Shown: one piece after another, positions 8,682 to 17,361 of the stretch | Layout of the letters: the number at the start of each line of letters is the position of its first letter | Position numbering within the stretch: the first letter of the stretch is position 1 | From: Acidobacteriota bacterium | GTDB lineage: Archaea; Nanobdellota; Nanobdellia; Woesearchaeales; DATGWN01 | Length of the DNA stretch: 60,314 nucleotides | Assembly: GCA_035299465.1 (NCBI GenBank) | Contig: DATGWN010000029.1 | Coordinates: 1-60,314, forward strand | Direction of reading: 5' to 3' | Notes under the pieces: model-generated | Databases searched by the model: none | What the model was told of the DNA's origin: nothing | The model's input: only the letters and a program-made list of their open reading frames with translations | Translations under genes and position numbers: made by a program

Positions 8682-10459
8682 ACATAATAATAAATCTTCT
8701 TTGACTTTTGTTCAGAGTCAAGCTGTGAACCAATTTTGTTCGCGCGTGGTCTATGGGATTCTTCATCGCGTCTGAAAGTCAGCGCGACATCAGCAAGGAA
8801 ATGATTCATACCGCCCTGTAAATCAAACGGACCGTGTGTTTCACCACGCACCGCTGGAACACCATCAAATACTAATATCTTATCGCTAATATAGTCAATG
8901 AAGAGTAAATCGTGATCGATAATCAACGCAGTTTTTCCTTTTTCAGTCATCCAATCTTTGATGATTTTAGACATGAGTAGTCGCTGTTCAGTATCCAAGT
9001 ATGCTGACGGCTCGTCCATCAAGTACAGATCAACGTCCTTAGCAAGGCACTCAACGATTCGCACCGTTTGCAATTGACCGCCCGACAATTCGTTCATCTT
9101 CTGCAAGAACAATTTCTCAAGCTTCAGCGGCTTGATCAACTGGCTTTCGTAGTGCGTCTGAGCACGTGAAAGTACGTCCATAACAAGTTCTTCTGATGAC
9201 GTGTCGATGTGCTGTGGCTTGTATGCGATGTCGACTTTCTTTAGGACGGATCCAGAGTCCGCCGAAATTTCGCCGGCAAGAATCTTTGCAAACGTCGATT
9301 TACCGATACCGTTTTCACCTAAAATACCGACGACATCGTGACGTTTGACTTTACCAGGATTGATGCTGAGTGAAAATGAACCTTGTTTTTTCTTGACAGT
9401 ATCCCATGACGTCAAAGGCGCAAGATCGTCTTCTTCTCGTGGAGGTCTCGCATAGAATTTAATTTCATTCTCGCGGAAACGTACGTTTTCCTCTTTGAGA
9501 TATCCTTCAAGATAAATATTGATACCATTCTTTACTGATTTTGATTGGCTGATGACACCGTACGCGCCTTGGCTACCGTAGATGATGTGAATCAAATCTG
9601 TCATGTAATCAAGAATAATCAAATCGTGCTCGATAACGATGACCGCAGTCTGCTCGTTTGCAAGTTCTCGGATCGCTTTAGATACAAGTAATCGTTGTTT
9701 GATGTCCAGAAAACTAGATGGTTCATCAAACATGTAGACGTTCGCATCCTTGAGCATCGTGGCAGCGATTGCAATACGTTGTAATTCTCCGCCTGATACC
9801 GTCTTGATGTCGTGCTCTAAAATTGCTGTCAACTGTAACGTATCTGTCATTTTCTTGACGCGAGCGACGTCAGATGACACTTGCGAAAGCAAATCTTTAA
9901 CTTTTCCATTGAATTGTGTTGGAATAAGATTGATACCTTGTGGCTTGAATGCGACCGAGATTTTTCCGTCACGCATTTTTTCAAAATATTGTTGCGCAAC
10001 TGTTCCTTTGAAATATGCGATAAGATCTTCTATCTTGCAGTCTTCTGGCTTTTTAGTCAAGTCGCCCATATTCGGACGAAGCATACCTGAAAGAATTTTG
10101 ACTGCAGTGGATTTACCAATACCATTTCGACCCAAAAGACCAACAACTTTTCCAAACACCGGGATAGGAAGATTATACAATCGAAAACCGTTGACACCAT
10201 ATTGATGAATTGGCTTACCTGACGCTTCTTGTGGCAAACGGACAATCTTGATAGCGTCAAACGGACATTTTTTCGCGCAGATTTGGTGAGCTTCCGTAGT
10301 CACTTCTTCAGCAATCGTCGCTTTTCCATCAGGACCAAGGTGAAAACCCTCGCCGCCCGACCTATTAATAGGGTCGTACTTGATGCACTCCTTTGCGCAT
10401 CGAATTGGATCGCATTTTTGCTTATCGATGAATGCGATACGTCTGCTGCTTTCTAACAT
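8678..10459 (-). CDS. rli1: ribosome recycling/biogenesis ABC ATPase ABCE1 (Rli1)
   Basis: N-terminal Fe-S Cys cluster (CDPIRCAKEC...ICAKKCP), two NBDs (GRNGIGKST, SGGELQR, GENGIGKST), hinge TFRRD. Confidence 0.97.
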   Translation of the reverse strand: MLESSRRIAFIDKQKCDPIRCAKECIKYDPINRSGGEGFHLGPDGKATIAEEVTTEAHQICAKKCPFDAIKIVRLPQEASGKPIHQYGVNGFRLYNLPIPVFGKVVGLLGRNGIGKSTAVKILSGMLRPNMGDLTKKPEDCKIEDLIAYFKGTVAQQYFEKMRDGKISVAFKPQGINLIPTQFNGKVKDLLSQVSSDVARVKKMTDTLQLTAILEHDIKTVSGGELQRIAIAATMLKDANVYMFDEPSSFLDIKQRLLVSKAIRELANEQTAVIVIEHDLIILDYMTDLIHIIYGSQGAYGVISQSKSVKNGINIYLEGYLKEENVRFRENEIKFYARPPREEDDLAPLTSWDTVKKKQGSFSLSINPGKVKRHDVVGILGENGIGKSTFAKILAGEISADSGSVLKKVDIAYKPQHIDTSSEELVMDVLSRAQTHYESQLIKPLKLEKLFLQKMNELSGGQLQTVRIVECLAKDVDLYLMDEPSAYLDTEQRLLMSKIIKDWMTEKGKTALIIDHDLLFIDYISDKILVFDGVPAVRGETHGPFDLQGGMNHFLADVALTFRRDEESHRPRANKIGSQLDSEQKSKKIYYYV

Positions 10460-10609
10460 AACGCGAGGAGTCACGTTTTTCTTTATAAATATGCACAGCC
10501 CATGTATCACATAATATTAAACGAAATGGTATAAATATACCAAAAAAACGGGACCAGTTATATAAACCGCTCACCCATATGTACATACTTCCTTAGGGGA
10601 TTTAGAGAA

Positions 10610-11113
10610 ATGTCAATTGATATGCCACCAGAAGCAGTAACGGTGTACACTACACCAGCTGCAATCGTAAAAACGGTTTCTGAATTCATCGCAGAAAGAG
10701 CGCACGTACTTCACGTCAACCGCCATTACAGAGGCGATAGCCAGGCACCATTTGCCGATCACTACGTCGCACCAAGCAACGAATTGTCCGTCAAAAACTA
10801 CGACGGTAACGGCGCATTCATGGGCAAATCATACATCACGCTCTCATTCGATTTAGATACAGACGGCCTCAAATCATTTAGCGCCTCTCCCGACGAAGAA
10901 TCAAAAGCAAGCGCACTTGACTACATCGTAAGTGAAGATTCCGATGCGAAATCCATTGAAGATTTGTTTGCAGATTACAGAGACTATCACCTTGCAGTCG
11001 GTGTCGTAGGCTATCGCGGAAAGATGAACACGAGCTTTGAACGGACTCCTCAATATCTAGAAGGAAGTATCGTTCAAGAACGCAACATGTCCGCTTATTC
11101 CACGGACAAATAA
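10610..11113 (+). CDS. hypothetical protein
   Basis: 167-aa acidic ORF with an upstream TATA element; no family recognised. Confidence 0.65.
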   Translation: MSIDMPPEAVTVYTTPAAIVKTVSEFIAERAHVLHVNRHYRGDSQAPFADHYVAPSNELSVKNYDGNGAFMGKSYITLSFDLDTDGLKSFSASPDEESKASALDYIVSEDSDAKSIEDLFADYRDYHLAVGVVGYRGKMNTSFERTPQYLEGSIVQERNMSAYSTDK

Positions 11114-11144
11114 ATTCTTAAATCCTTTTTCTTTCTAGTATTTT

Positions 11145-11309
11145 ATGAAGTGCAGCATTACAGGAAAAGAAATCGAGCAGAATTTTCTAGGCAAATTGAT
11201 TGGCACCACGATTAAAGACGAGAAAGGAAAGAAATATGCAGTCAGTGCAGATGCTCAAAAACTGTACAAAAACGATAAAACAGAAATTCTCAAGCACATC
11301 AAGAAATGA
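11145..11309 (+). CDS. small hypothetical protein (54 aa; absent from ORF track)
   Basis: MKCSITGKEIEQNFLGKLIGTTIKDEKGKKYAVSADAQKLYKNDKTEILKHIKK*; ATGA overlap with the next ORF. Confidence 0.7.
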   Translation: MKCSITGKEIEQNFLGKLIGTTIKDEKGKKYAVSADAQKLYKNDKTEILKHIKK

Positions 11310-11608
11310 GACACCCTGGCGACTTTAGCGCACGAAACAGCCTTCTTATCCATCTAGGAATCTACGTAGACAATCCGACACCTCTCAACGCCCATGTTTT
11401 CTTTTCGGAATATCTCTACGACGGATTGGAAAACATTCAACAAGTCAGAAAGCATCACGACTATAATGCATACTCTGACGACATAAACGACATATTCGAA
11501 GAAATCTACAAGTGCGCACAATTGTGGGAAAAGAAAAAGCCAGTGGAAAAGAAACTCAAAAAAATCCACGACGCAATCAAACGTCTCCAACTAGACCAGC
11601 CGCAATGA
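11306..11608 (+). CDS. hypothetical protein
   Basis: 100 aa, ATGA-coupled to the 54-aa ORF. Confidence 0.6.
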   Translation: MRHPGDFSARNSLLIHLGIYVDNPTPLNAHVFFSEYLYDGLENIQQVRKHHDYNAYSDDINDIFEEIYKCAQLWEKKKPVEKKLKKIHDAIKRLQLDQPQ

Positions 11609-11653
11609 ATCATCCAAAGAAACCATTAAAAATACAAACCGATTCCCACATCC

Positions 11654-12085
11654 ATGACACTTACCAAACATCTGATCGACGCAAAATACCGACAAGGCAA
11701 TGCAGTCGGCGAGTTTCTCGCAGACATAGAATTACTAGATCCCACTGAGCAAGAAATCGTTCGATTCGGCGGCAAAATCACTGACCGCGCAATCGCGCCA
11801 ATGCCAACACAAGATTTGTACGGGATGCTCATACCGCACGCCAAATTATGCCTCTTTCTCAAATTACCAGGAGATAGATCGCCAATACATTCAATCATAT
11901 ACGAAACGATGCACCGTGGCGATGATCCATTGAATACGTACTACGAAGGCAATTGGTATTCGATCCCGCCACTTGGAAAATCACTCTTAGAAAAAAATCC
12001 ATCACCTGACCTCTATTGGATTTTAAAGACGACAACAGAAATCTTCTCGGAAGGCACAGTTAATTTCACAATTTCTAGAAAGTAA
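11654..12085 (+). CDS. hypothetical protein
   Basis: 143-aa ORF ending at the tRNA-Thr 3' end. Confidence 0.6.
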   Translation: MTLTKHLIDAKYRQGNAVGEFLADIELLDPTEQEIVRFGGKITDRAIAPMPTQDLYGMLIPHAKLCLFLKLPGDRSPIHSIIYETMHRGDDPLNTYYEGNWYSIPPLGKSLLEKNPSPDLYWILKTTTEIFSEGTVNFTISRK

Positions 12086-12156
12086 GCCTCTGGTGGGGAT
12101 TGAACCCACGACCTTCTGATTACGAATCAGACACTCTACCGCTGAGCTACAGAGGC
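12085..12156 (-). tRNA. tRNA-Thr (CGT)
   Basis: Reverse strand GCCTCTG...CAGAGGC; anticodon arm TCTGA-TT-CGT-AA-TCAGA; T-loop TTCAATC. Confidence 0.96.
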
Positions 12157-12240
12157 GCGATATCCTGTGTGAAACCCCGTTTCATTTAAAAAGCTACTGG
12201 GCGTAGTTATATAAAGGGAAATTTATTCTCCAGTTCTTCC

Positions 12241-12744
12241 ATGGAATTAGAATCATTCAAAGCAGTAGTAGTGCATTCATATGCACGAGAGCTCCCATAC
12301 TTACGTACAGGATCATACCAGTTCAACTATGTGAACAAAGACGTCGTAACAGGACATGCGACAGTGCGTGTGTGGTCAGAAGGTTTTATGGATGTCACCG
12401 AACTGTTCCCGATGATGTATGTGGGCACCGTCAGAAAGACACGCTACGGCACATTCTGCCTATACGCCTCATTGCTCATGCTCCAAAAGCTTGCTCGCGT
12501 GAACGACGACAAACCCTATATTGAATTCCAATTCCCGAACGAAAAATCAAAAGGACTCATGCCAAAAATCGGAATGAAAAATGGCTTTGCATCCCCACTA
12601 GACAAAGTCATAGAAAACTCCAGAAGATTTTTGCTAGAATCCGGCTATAGCCAAACTACATTAGAAAACGTCGTCAACTATGTATTTACTGACGCAGAAT
12701 TGCCTTCATCACGACAGTTGCATAAGAGCCTACGGGCAAAGTAA
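12241..12744 (+). CDS. hypothetical protein, possibly a degenerate GNAT fold
   Basis: RKTRYGTFCL resembles GNAT motif A (R/QxxGxG/A) and NEKSKGLMPKIG resembles motif B; weak. Confidence 0.5.
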   Translation: MELESFKAVVVHSYARELPYLRTGSYQFNYVNKDVVTGHATVRVWSEGFMDVTELFPMMYVGTVRKTRYGTFCLYASLLMLQKLARVNDDKPYIEFQFPNEKSKGLMPKIGMKNGFASPLDKVIENSRRFLLESGYSQTTLENVVNYVFTDAELPSSRQLHKSLRAK

Positions 12745-13789
12745 ACGACACAGTCAGCTTAGAAAATTGTTCTGGTTTTTTTGCCAAATCATCAGCCACC
12801 GGTTTTGAAACGACCACATCAGTCAGCGCAATCGCCGCATCACGAACTGCAGTCACATCTTTTCCAGCCAATTGCTGCAGATGAAAATCGACTAGACCTT
12901 CTTTCTCTAAAATTGCAGCGACGCATGGATGTGAAAAAGAAGAAATCATCAACGGAATTTGCGACGGTAATGAAATTTTTTCAAGCGGGAACGACAACGA
13001 ACCAACGGCATATTTCACGACGAAATATTTTTTCTCACGCACAAGCGAATTCAAAACCTGATTCCATAAGTAGCTCTGATATGCTTGCATATGCAATACT
13101 TTCTCATGATAAGCAAACGCATTATATGCCGCCTTCCATCCATCACGCAAGCCGACCAAGTATGGTTTACGAAGCATCACATGGTTTAATCTCTCAACCA
13201 CGTCTTTTTGTTTCCACCGCGAGGATAGCATGCGCTTCTCGGCGCGAATTGCGGCAGGTTCATGTGGTGATGAAACCGTCAACAATAATTTAACAGCCTG
13301 TTCGTACTCGCCGGCGATGACCAACTTGCCGACAAACGTCCCATCGATATATGAACCGAATCGTTGGGAATCATAATAATTAGGAACAGCAAGCGAAAGT
13401 AGCGACTGTGCCCGCGTGTATGCTTGCGCGGCCTTGCCGTTGGGAATTTGACGCACCGTTATAGTAAATGAGTTTGCCGAATGAGAACCAACGCTCAATG
13501 GCGAATCCAAGAATCCGACGTGTTTGAGAGTGTAGCTTCTGTCTGACAGCGCCTTTAATTCCTTTGGCACAGAAATATATTGAATTGTTTTTGCGTGTTT
13601 ATCCTTTCGACCACAAACACCAACTGCATCCGAAGCTACTTTGTTTGCCTTGCAAATCAGCTGTACCGCCGTGTGTGTATCAATTCCTGACTTAGATAGC
13701 GTATACACCCAATATTTTCCCGATTCTAAAAGAGGTATATCTAACTTCTCTTCTACAATAAAATCCTCAGGAATACGTTTTAGTTTCAT
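12686..13789 (-). CDS. truD: tRNA pseudouridine(13) synthase TruD
   Basis: PEDFIVEE, CGRKDKHAKTIQ (catalytic Asp), NSFTITVR, PNYYDSQRFG, FTLPVGSYATV. Confidence 0.95.
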   Translation of the reverse strand: MKLKRIPEDFIVEEKLDIPLLESGKYWVYTLSKSGIDTHTAVQLICKANKVASDAVGVCGRKDKHAKTIQYISVPKELKALSDRSYTLKHVGFLDSPLSVGSHSANSFTITVRQIPNGKAAQAYTRAQSLLSLAVPNYYDSQRFGSYIDGTFVGKLVIAGEYEQAVKLLLTVSSPHEPAAIRAEKRMLSSRWKQKDVVERLNHVMLRKPYLVGLRDGWKAAYNAFAYHEKVLHMQAYQSYLWNQVLNSLVREKKYFVVKYAVGSLSFPLEKISLPSQIPLMISSFSHPCVAAILEKEGLVDFHLQQLAGKDVTAVRDAAIALTDVVVSKPVADDLAKKPEQFSKLTVSFTLPVGSYATVVMKAILRQ

Positions 13790-13794
13790 ATGAA

Positions 13795-13861
13795 TGTGCC
13801 TCGGAAGGTTCTACGTCATGCTACAAGGAAGCTCTGTTCTTGATTTTTCGTCATCAGCACA
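13795..13861 (-). ncRNA. candidate box C/D sRNA (or K-turn leader of truD)
   Basis: Minus strand TGTGC-TGATGA...CAGA...ATGACG...CCGA-G-GCACA: terminal stem, box C, D'/C'-like boxes, variant box D; TTTTATAA about 25 nt upstream. Confidence 0.4.
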
Positions 13862-13954
13862 GAAAAGAGCACCGACTTCTCTTATAAAATCATCGTACAC
13901 ATGCCTAAAAACGCGTGGTACAACTTTATAAACAGAAAATAAAAGAAATAACCC

Positions 13955-14539
13955 ATGAAAGCGCTCATCGTCTATTCGAATCCCAACATGGAAGGCCATT
14001 GCGGCACAATCCTCAAGTCCGTGCAAGAAGAACTACGACAAAGAAATATCCCTCACGCAGTCCTCAATTTAGAAAAAGCCGAATTCAATCCAGTAATGTC
14101 CATCGAAGAATACAAAGGCGCAGCATCAGAACAGACAAAACGCTACCAAGAACTGCTCGCCGCAAACGACAAACTCATCTTCATCTATCCTGTCTGGTGG
14201 AATTCAATGCCCGCCATCATGAAAGGCTTCTTTGACAAAGTCCTCGCACCACGATTTGCGTACAGATACATCAAATATCCGATAATACCGTTCGCAATTC
14301 CAAAAGGACTCCTTACAGGAAAGAAGGCCGCAGTGTTCATGACGAGTGGATCCAAGAATTGGCAGAGTTTGCTCGTTATGGGTGACCGCTTCAAGAAATT
14401 AATAAGAAAAGATATTCTTGGCTTTTGCGCGATTAAATCAAAAGTGTTTAGACTCGACGGATGCATAACACCAGTTGAAACGAGAAAAAAAGAAATTGAA
14501 AAACTCGCAAAAAAAGGAATAAAATATTTGTTTGATTAG
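13955..14539 (+). CDS. NAD(P)H-dependent oxidoreductase, flavodoxin-like fold (Flavodoxin_2)
   Basis: KALIVYSNP, IFIYPVWWNSMPAIMKGFFDKV, GLLTGKKA motifs. Confidence 0.92.
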   Translation: MKALIVYSNPNMEGHCGTILKSVQEELRQRNIPHAVLNLEKAEFNPVMSIEEYKGAASEQTKRYQELLAANDKLIFIYPVWWNSMPAIMKGFFDKVLAPRFAYRYIKYPIIPFAIPKGLLTGKKAAVFMTSGSKNWQSLLVMGDRFKKLIRKDILGFCAIKSKVFRLDGCITPVETRKKEIEKLAKKGIKYLFD

Positions 14540-15060
14540 CGCAGCATCCGCTCCATTTGTTTTATCTCTGCGGACTGCACATCTTCAACATTGCGCGCAA
14601 ATGTGTCAACATCGGCACGTACACCCGGCAAGCTATGCAATTGATTTGCCATCATTATAGCCATTTTGTGGTGCATTATCATCCCAGACAAAAATGCGCG
14701 GTCCCGTTCTATGCCGGAAAGTGCATTCAAATTCGGCATCATCGGCTTATACGCGGCAACGTAAGTGCTATCTGGATGATACAAAATCATCCACTCTTTC
14801 AACTGCTCAATCTCCGAAGATTGCGTATCAACTATTGACAACGCAAGCAGTCGCAACTCCGCATTTTGAGTGGAATTCAAGATTATTCGTGCAGAATCTA
14901 CCGCTTCTTGGTGGTGCGGAATCATTTCTGCAATAAACTGTTCTTGTGACTTGATGGTGTGACTCTGCATATTAGCCATATGGCCGTGATCCACCGTGCA
15001 GCCCGCTAATATAAAAGACAAAACTAGCAACAAAGCCTGTCCAACTCCCATATATTTCAT
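14536..15060 (-). CDS. DUF305 (CopM-like) His/Met-rich secreted ferritin-like protein
   Basis: Signal ending LAGC; duplicated motif FIAEMIPHHQEAV / FLSGMIMHHKMAIMMA; Q..EI..M. Confidence 0.9.
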   Translation of the reverse strand: MKYMGVGQALLLVLSFILAGCTVDHGHMANMQSHTIKSQEQFIAEMIPHHQEAVDSARIILNSTQNAELRLLALSIVDTQSSEIEQLKEWMILYHPDSTYVAAYKPMMPNLNALSGIERDRAFLSGMIMHHKMAIMMANQLHSLPGVRADVDTFARNVEDVQSAEIKQMERMLR

Positions 15061-15072
15061 ACGAACCTCGCC

Positions 15073-16416
15073 TTACTTCACGATTATCGTACCAGGTCCA
15101 GCCATACCCATCGAACAACTGAAATCAAATGAGCCCTTTTTCGTAGGCGTGAATTCAATGACTGTAGGCGCCGTGGACGACAACGTTTTTCTAATACCAA
15201 GTGACGGTGCTATTAAAGATTTTGCACAGCCTGCGGCCTTGGATGCATTGATAGTCCATCTTACCGGAACTCCCGCAGTCACAGTCAATGTTGACGGTTC
15301 ATACTTATAGCCAGCTACAGTCATAGAAATTTCCTGAACCTGTCCAGCTATCGGCGAAGGTACTTCGTTATAATCCGACGTTGTGTCAGTAGTGTCAGTC
15401 GTGCCACCAACCGAATAGAGCGTTAATGCAGCTGGTACACTTATCGCGCCTAGAATAATCACGATTATACCTGCCACTACCATCGCATACTTTCGTACGG
15501 ACGAACTGAAGTATTTCGTAATTGAGCCAACGAACATAAGCACCGGTAAAGTTCCGAGCGCAAACACGAATAACAATGATGCGCCTGTAAAGAAATTACC
15601 GGATTTTAGTGCATATAGTTGCAATGCCTGTGTAAAACCGCACGGCAAAAAGAACGTAAGTGCACCAACAACACCTGCTCCGATCGCAGTTTTATTTGGA
15701 TTTTGCGTCATTCCCTCGATTTTTTTAACCCAACTCTTAGGTGTAAACGATGGTACTTTCACTAATCCTACTAATTGCAATCCAAGTAAAATCATGATGA
15801 TGCTTACGATAATCGTCAATACTGCACTCGCTCGCGCTGACAAGGAGAGTGTTTCGCCAAGTAAACCGAGAAGACCCCCTAATAATCCATAAGACAGTAA
15901 TCTACCTACGCCAAATGAAAGCACGAAATTCCACTTCTGATTATTTTCAATACTCGACGTAAGTGCTAGGAGAAGACCACCAGTCACCGCTAAGCAACTT
16001 GACACGGACGCGATAAGTCCCAAAACGAACGCGGATGGAAGTCCGACATTATCAGAAAGAGCACCTGCATCAAAATAAGAAAGACTTGAAGGGTGGGTGA
16101 GAATCCAAACAGCGCCCATGAATAAAGCACAAATAACTACTGTCCACCATACTTTTGTCATCGGCGACGACACCTGTGAATGCTCAGGCACTAGCGAGTA
16201 GCCCGCTGACTCAAGCGACTTATTTGTACGCTCTAAAGAAAATGAATTATTGGTTTCCAACGTAACTTCTTCGTTGTGTCTGTTGACGTGAACCGAGCGT
16301 ATTCCTTTTTGATTTTTGAGGAGTTTTCCAACTACATGTTCACATGCTGCACAGTGCATTCCTATAACTTTAAACTTCATTTCTGTCATTTGTTGCCTCA
16401 TTCGAAAATCAGACAT
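15073..16416 (-). CDS. HMA + TauE/SafE(DsbD-like) membrane domain + cupredoxin fusion
   Basis: GMHCAAC; multi-TM region with SSCLAVTGG and LPCGFTQ; C-terminal YEPSTLTV...GC...FSCSMGM. Confidence 0.88.
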   Translation of the reverse strand: MSDFRMRQQMTEMKFKVIGMHCAACEHVVGKLLKNQKGIRSVHVNRHNEEVTLETNNSFSLERTNKSLESAGYSLVPEHSQVSSPMTKVWWTVVICALFMGAVWILTHPSSLSYFDAGALSDNVGLPSAFVLGLIASVSSCLAVTGGLLLALTSSIENNQKWNFVLSFGVGRLLSYGLLGGLLGLLGETLSLSARASAVLTIIVSIIMILLGLQLVGLVKVPSFTPKSWVKKIEGMTQNPNKTAIGAGVVGALTFFLPCGFTQALQLYALKSGNFFTGASLLFVFALGTLPVLMFVGSITKYFSSSVRKYAMVVAGIIVIILGAISVPAALTLYSVGGTTDTTDTTSDYNEVPSPIAGQVQEISMTVAGYKYEPSTLTVTAGVPVRWTINASKAAGCAKSLIAPSLGIRKTLSSTAPTVIEFTPTKKGSFDFSCSMGMAGPGTIIVK

Positions 16417-16432
16417 TCTCGTCGTTCGGTAC

Positions 16433-16512
16433 TGTTACATAGCCTGTAACAATATTTAAATAGTTCTGTAACAATCATATGCTGGGGGAAAAAACGTTAC
16501 ATGAAACGTAAC
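16433..16512. promoter_or_regulatory. paired palindromic operators GTTAC-N7-GTAAC at a divergent promoter
   Basis: TGTTACA-tagcc-TGTAACA (16433-16451), half-site TGTAACA (16467-16473) flanking ATTTAAATA, and GTTAC-atgaaac-GTAAC over the ATG at 16501. Confidence 0.65.
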
Positions 16513-17007
16513 ATCAAATTCTATCGCACGACAACTCTTGTTGCGCTAGTTGTATCACTTGTAATCGTGGTGCTGCTTGTGTTAGCAGCGTATGCATATC
16601 CCCAACTCGCCGACTCTGTTCCTTTCTTTTCGTACGCAGTCCATTTTCATTTTGCGCTCATGGTCATCGCAATTCTTTTGTCAATCATTTTTGGCTTTGT
16701 CTGGGCTCGAATATTGACCAACGAATTAGAAGTGCAAACTGCGCAAACGCAAACCCTCGGTGACGTCGTGTTACAATTTCTCTCAGTAGAAGAACGGGCG
16801 ATCTTGCAACATCTGACGAAGAAAGGCGGCAGCTGCCTACAGCAAGAATTCGCATACCTCAACAATATGGGTCGTGTCAAAGCAATGCGTACAGTGCAAA
16901 AACTCGCACAACGCGGAATCATTTCTGTTCATCCGCACGGCAAACAACGACAAATAAAACTGCTGTTTGAAATTGCCTCCCATAGCTCTGAACAGCATAA
17001 TAAATAA
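16501..17007 (+). CDS. membrane-anchored winged-HTH transcription regulator
   Basis: Two N-terminal TMs, then LSVEERAILQHL...LQQEF...RVKAMRTVQKLAQRGII...KQRQIKL. Confidence 0.8.
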   Translation: MKRNIKFYRTTTLVALVVSLVIVVLLVLAAYAYPQLADSVPFFSYAVHFHFALMVIAILLSIIFGFVWARILTNELEVQTAQTQTLGDVVLQFLSVEERAILQHLTKKGGSCLQQEFAYLNNMGRVKAMRTVQKLAQRGIISVHPHGKQRQIKLLFEIASHSSEQHNK

Positions 17008-17008
17008 C

Positions 17009-17347
17009 ATGCCAAATTCTTTCGTTCACGTACTCGCAAATGCCCTTTTCTTCTGCGTAATGTACGCACTAGGACTAGAACCAACGCTTCAAGTTCTTGT
17101 ATTTCTGCTCTTAAGCAATATCATCGACGTAGATCACTTGTTAGCAAAGCCAATATATGATAAAAATAGAAATAGCATCGGTTTTCATTTTCTGCATAAA
17201 CCACAGATTTTCGTCATATATATCGCAGGCTGCTTCTTGCCAGGCGTCTATAAGTTCTTTTTCATAGGCGTTTTGTTACATCTACTTTTGGATTGGGTAG
17301 AATTTAAGTATTTTGTAGAAAAGAAAAAATTACGGAACAACAATTAG
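17009..17347 (+). CDS. DUF6122-like membrane protein
   Basis: NIIDVDHLLAKPIYDKNRNSIGFHFLH and GVLLHLLLD motifs. Confidence 0.75.
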   Translation: MPNSFVHVLANALFFCVMYALGLEPTLQVLVFLLLSNIIDVDHLLAKPIYDKNRNSIGFHFLHKPQIFVIYIAGCFLPGVYKFFFIGVLLHLLLDWVEFKYFVEKKKLRNNN

Positions 17348-17361
17348 TCCGCCATGTACCA

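Noticed and set aside
9750-10205. 151-aa plus-strand ORF, and similar track ORFs (e.g. 20029-20484, 45378-45815, 46301-46750, 50431-50907, 55775-56140, 56448-56852)
   Set aside because: Antisense shadows of well-supported genes, Ser/Ile/Phe-rich and without motifs.
13811-14026. 71-aa minus-strand ORF upstream of truD
   Set aside because: Overlaps the flavodoxin-like gene antisense and crosses two TATA elements; the segment is better explained as promoter plus structured RNA.
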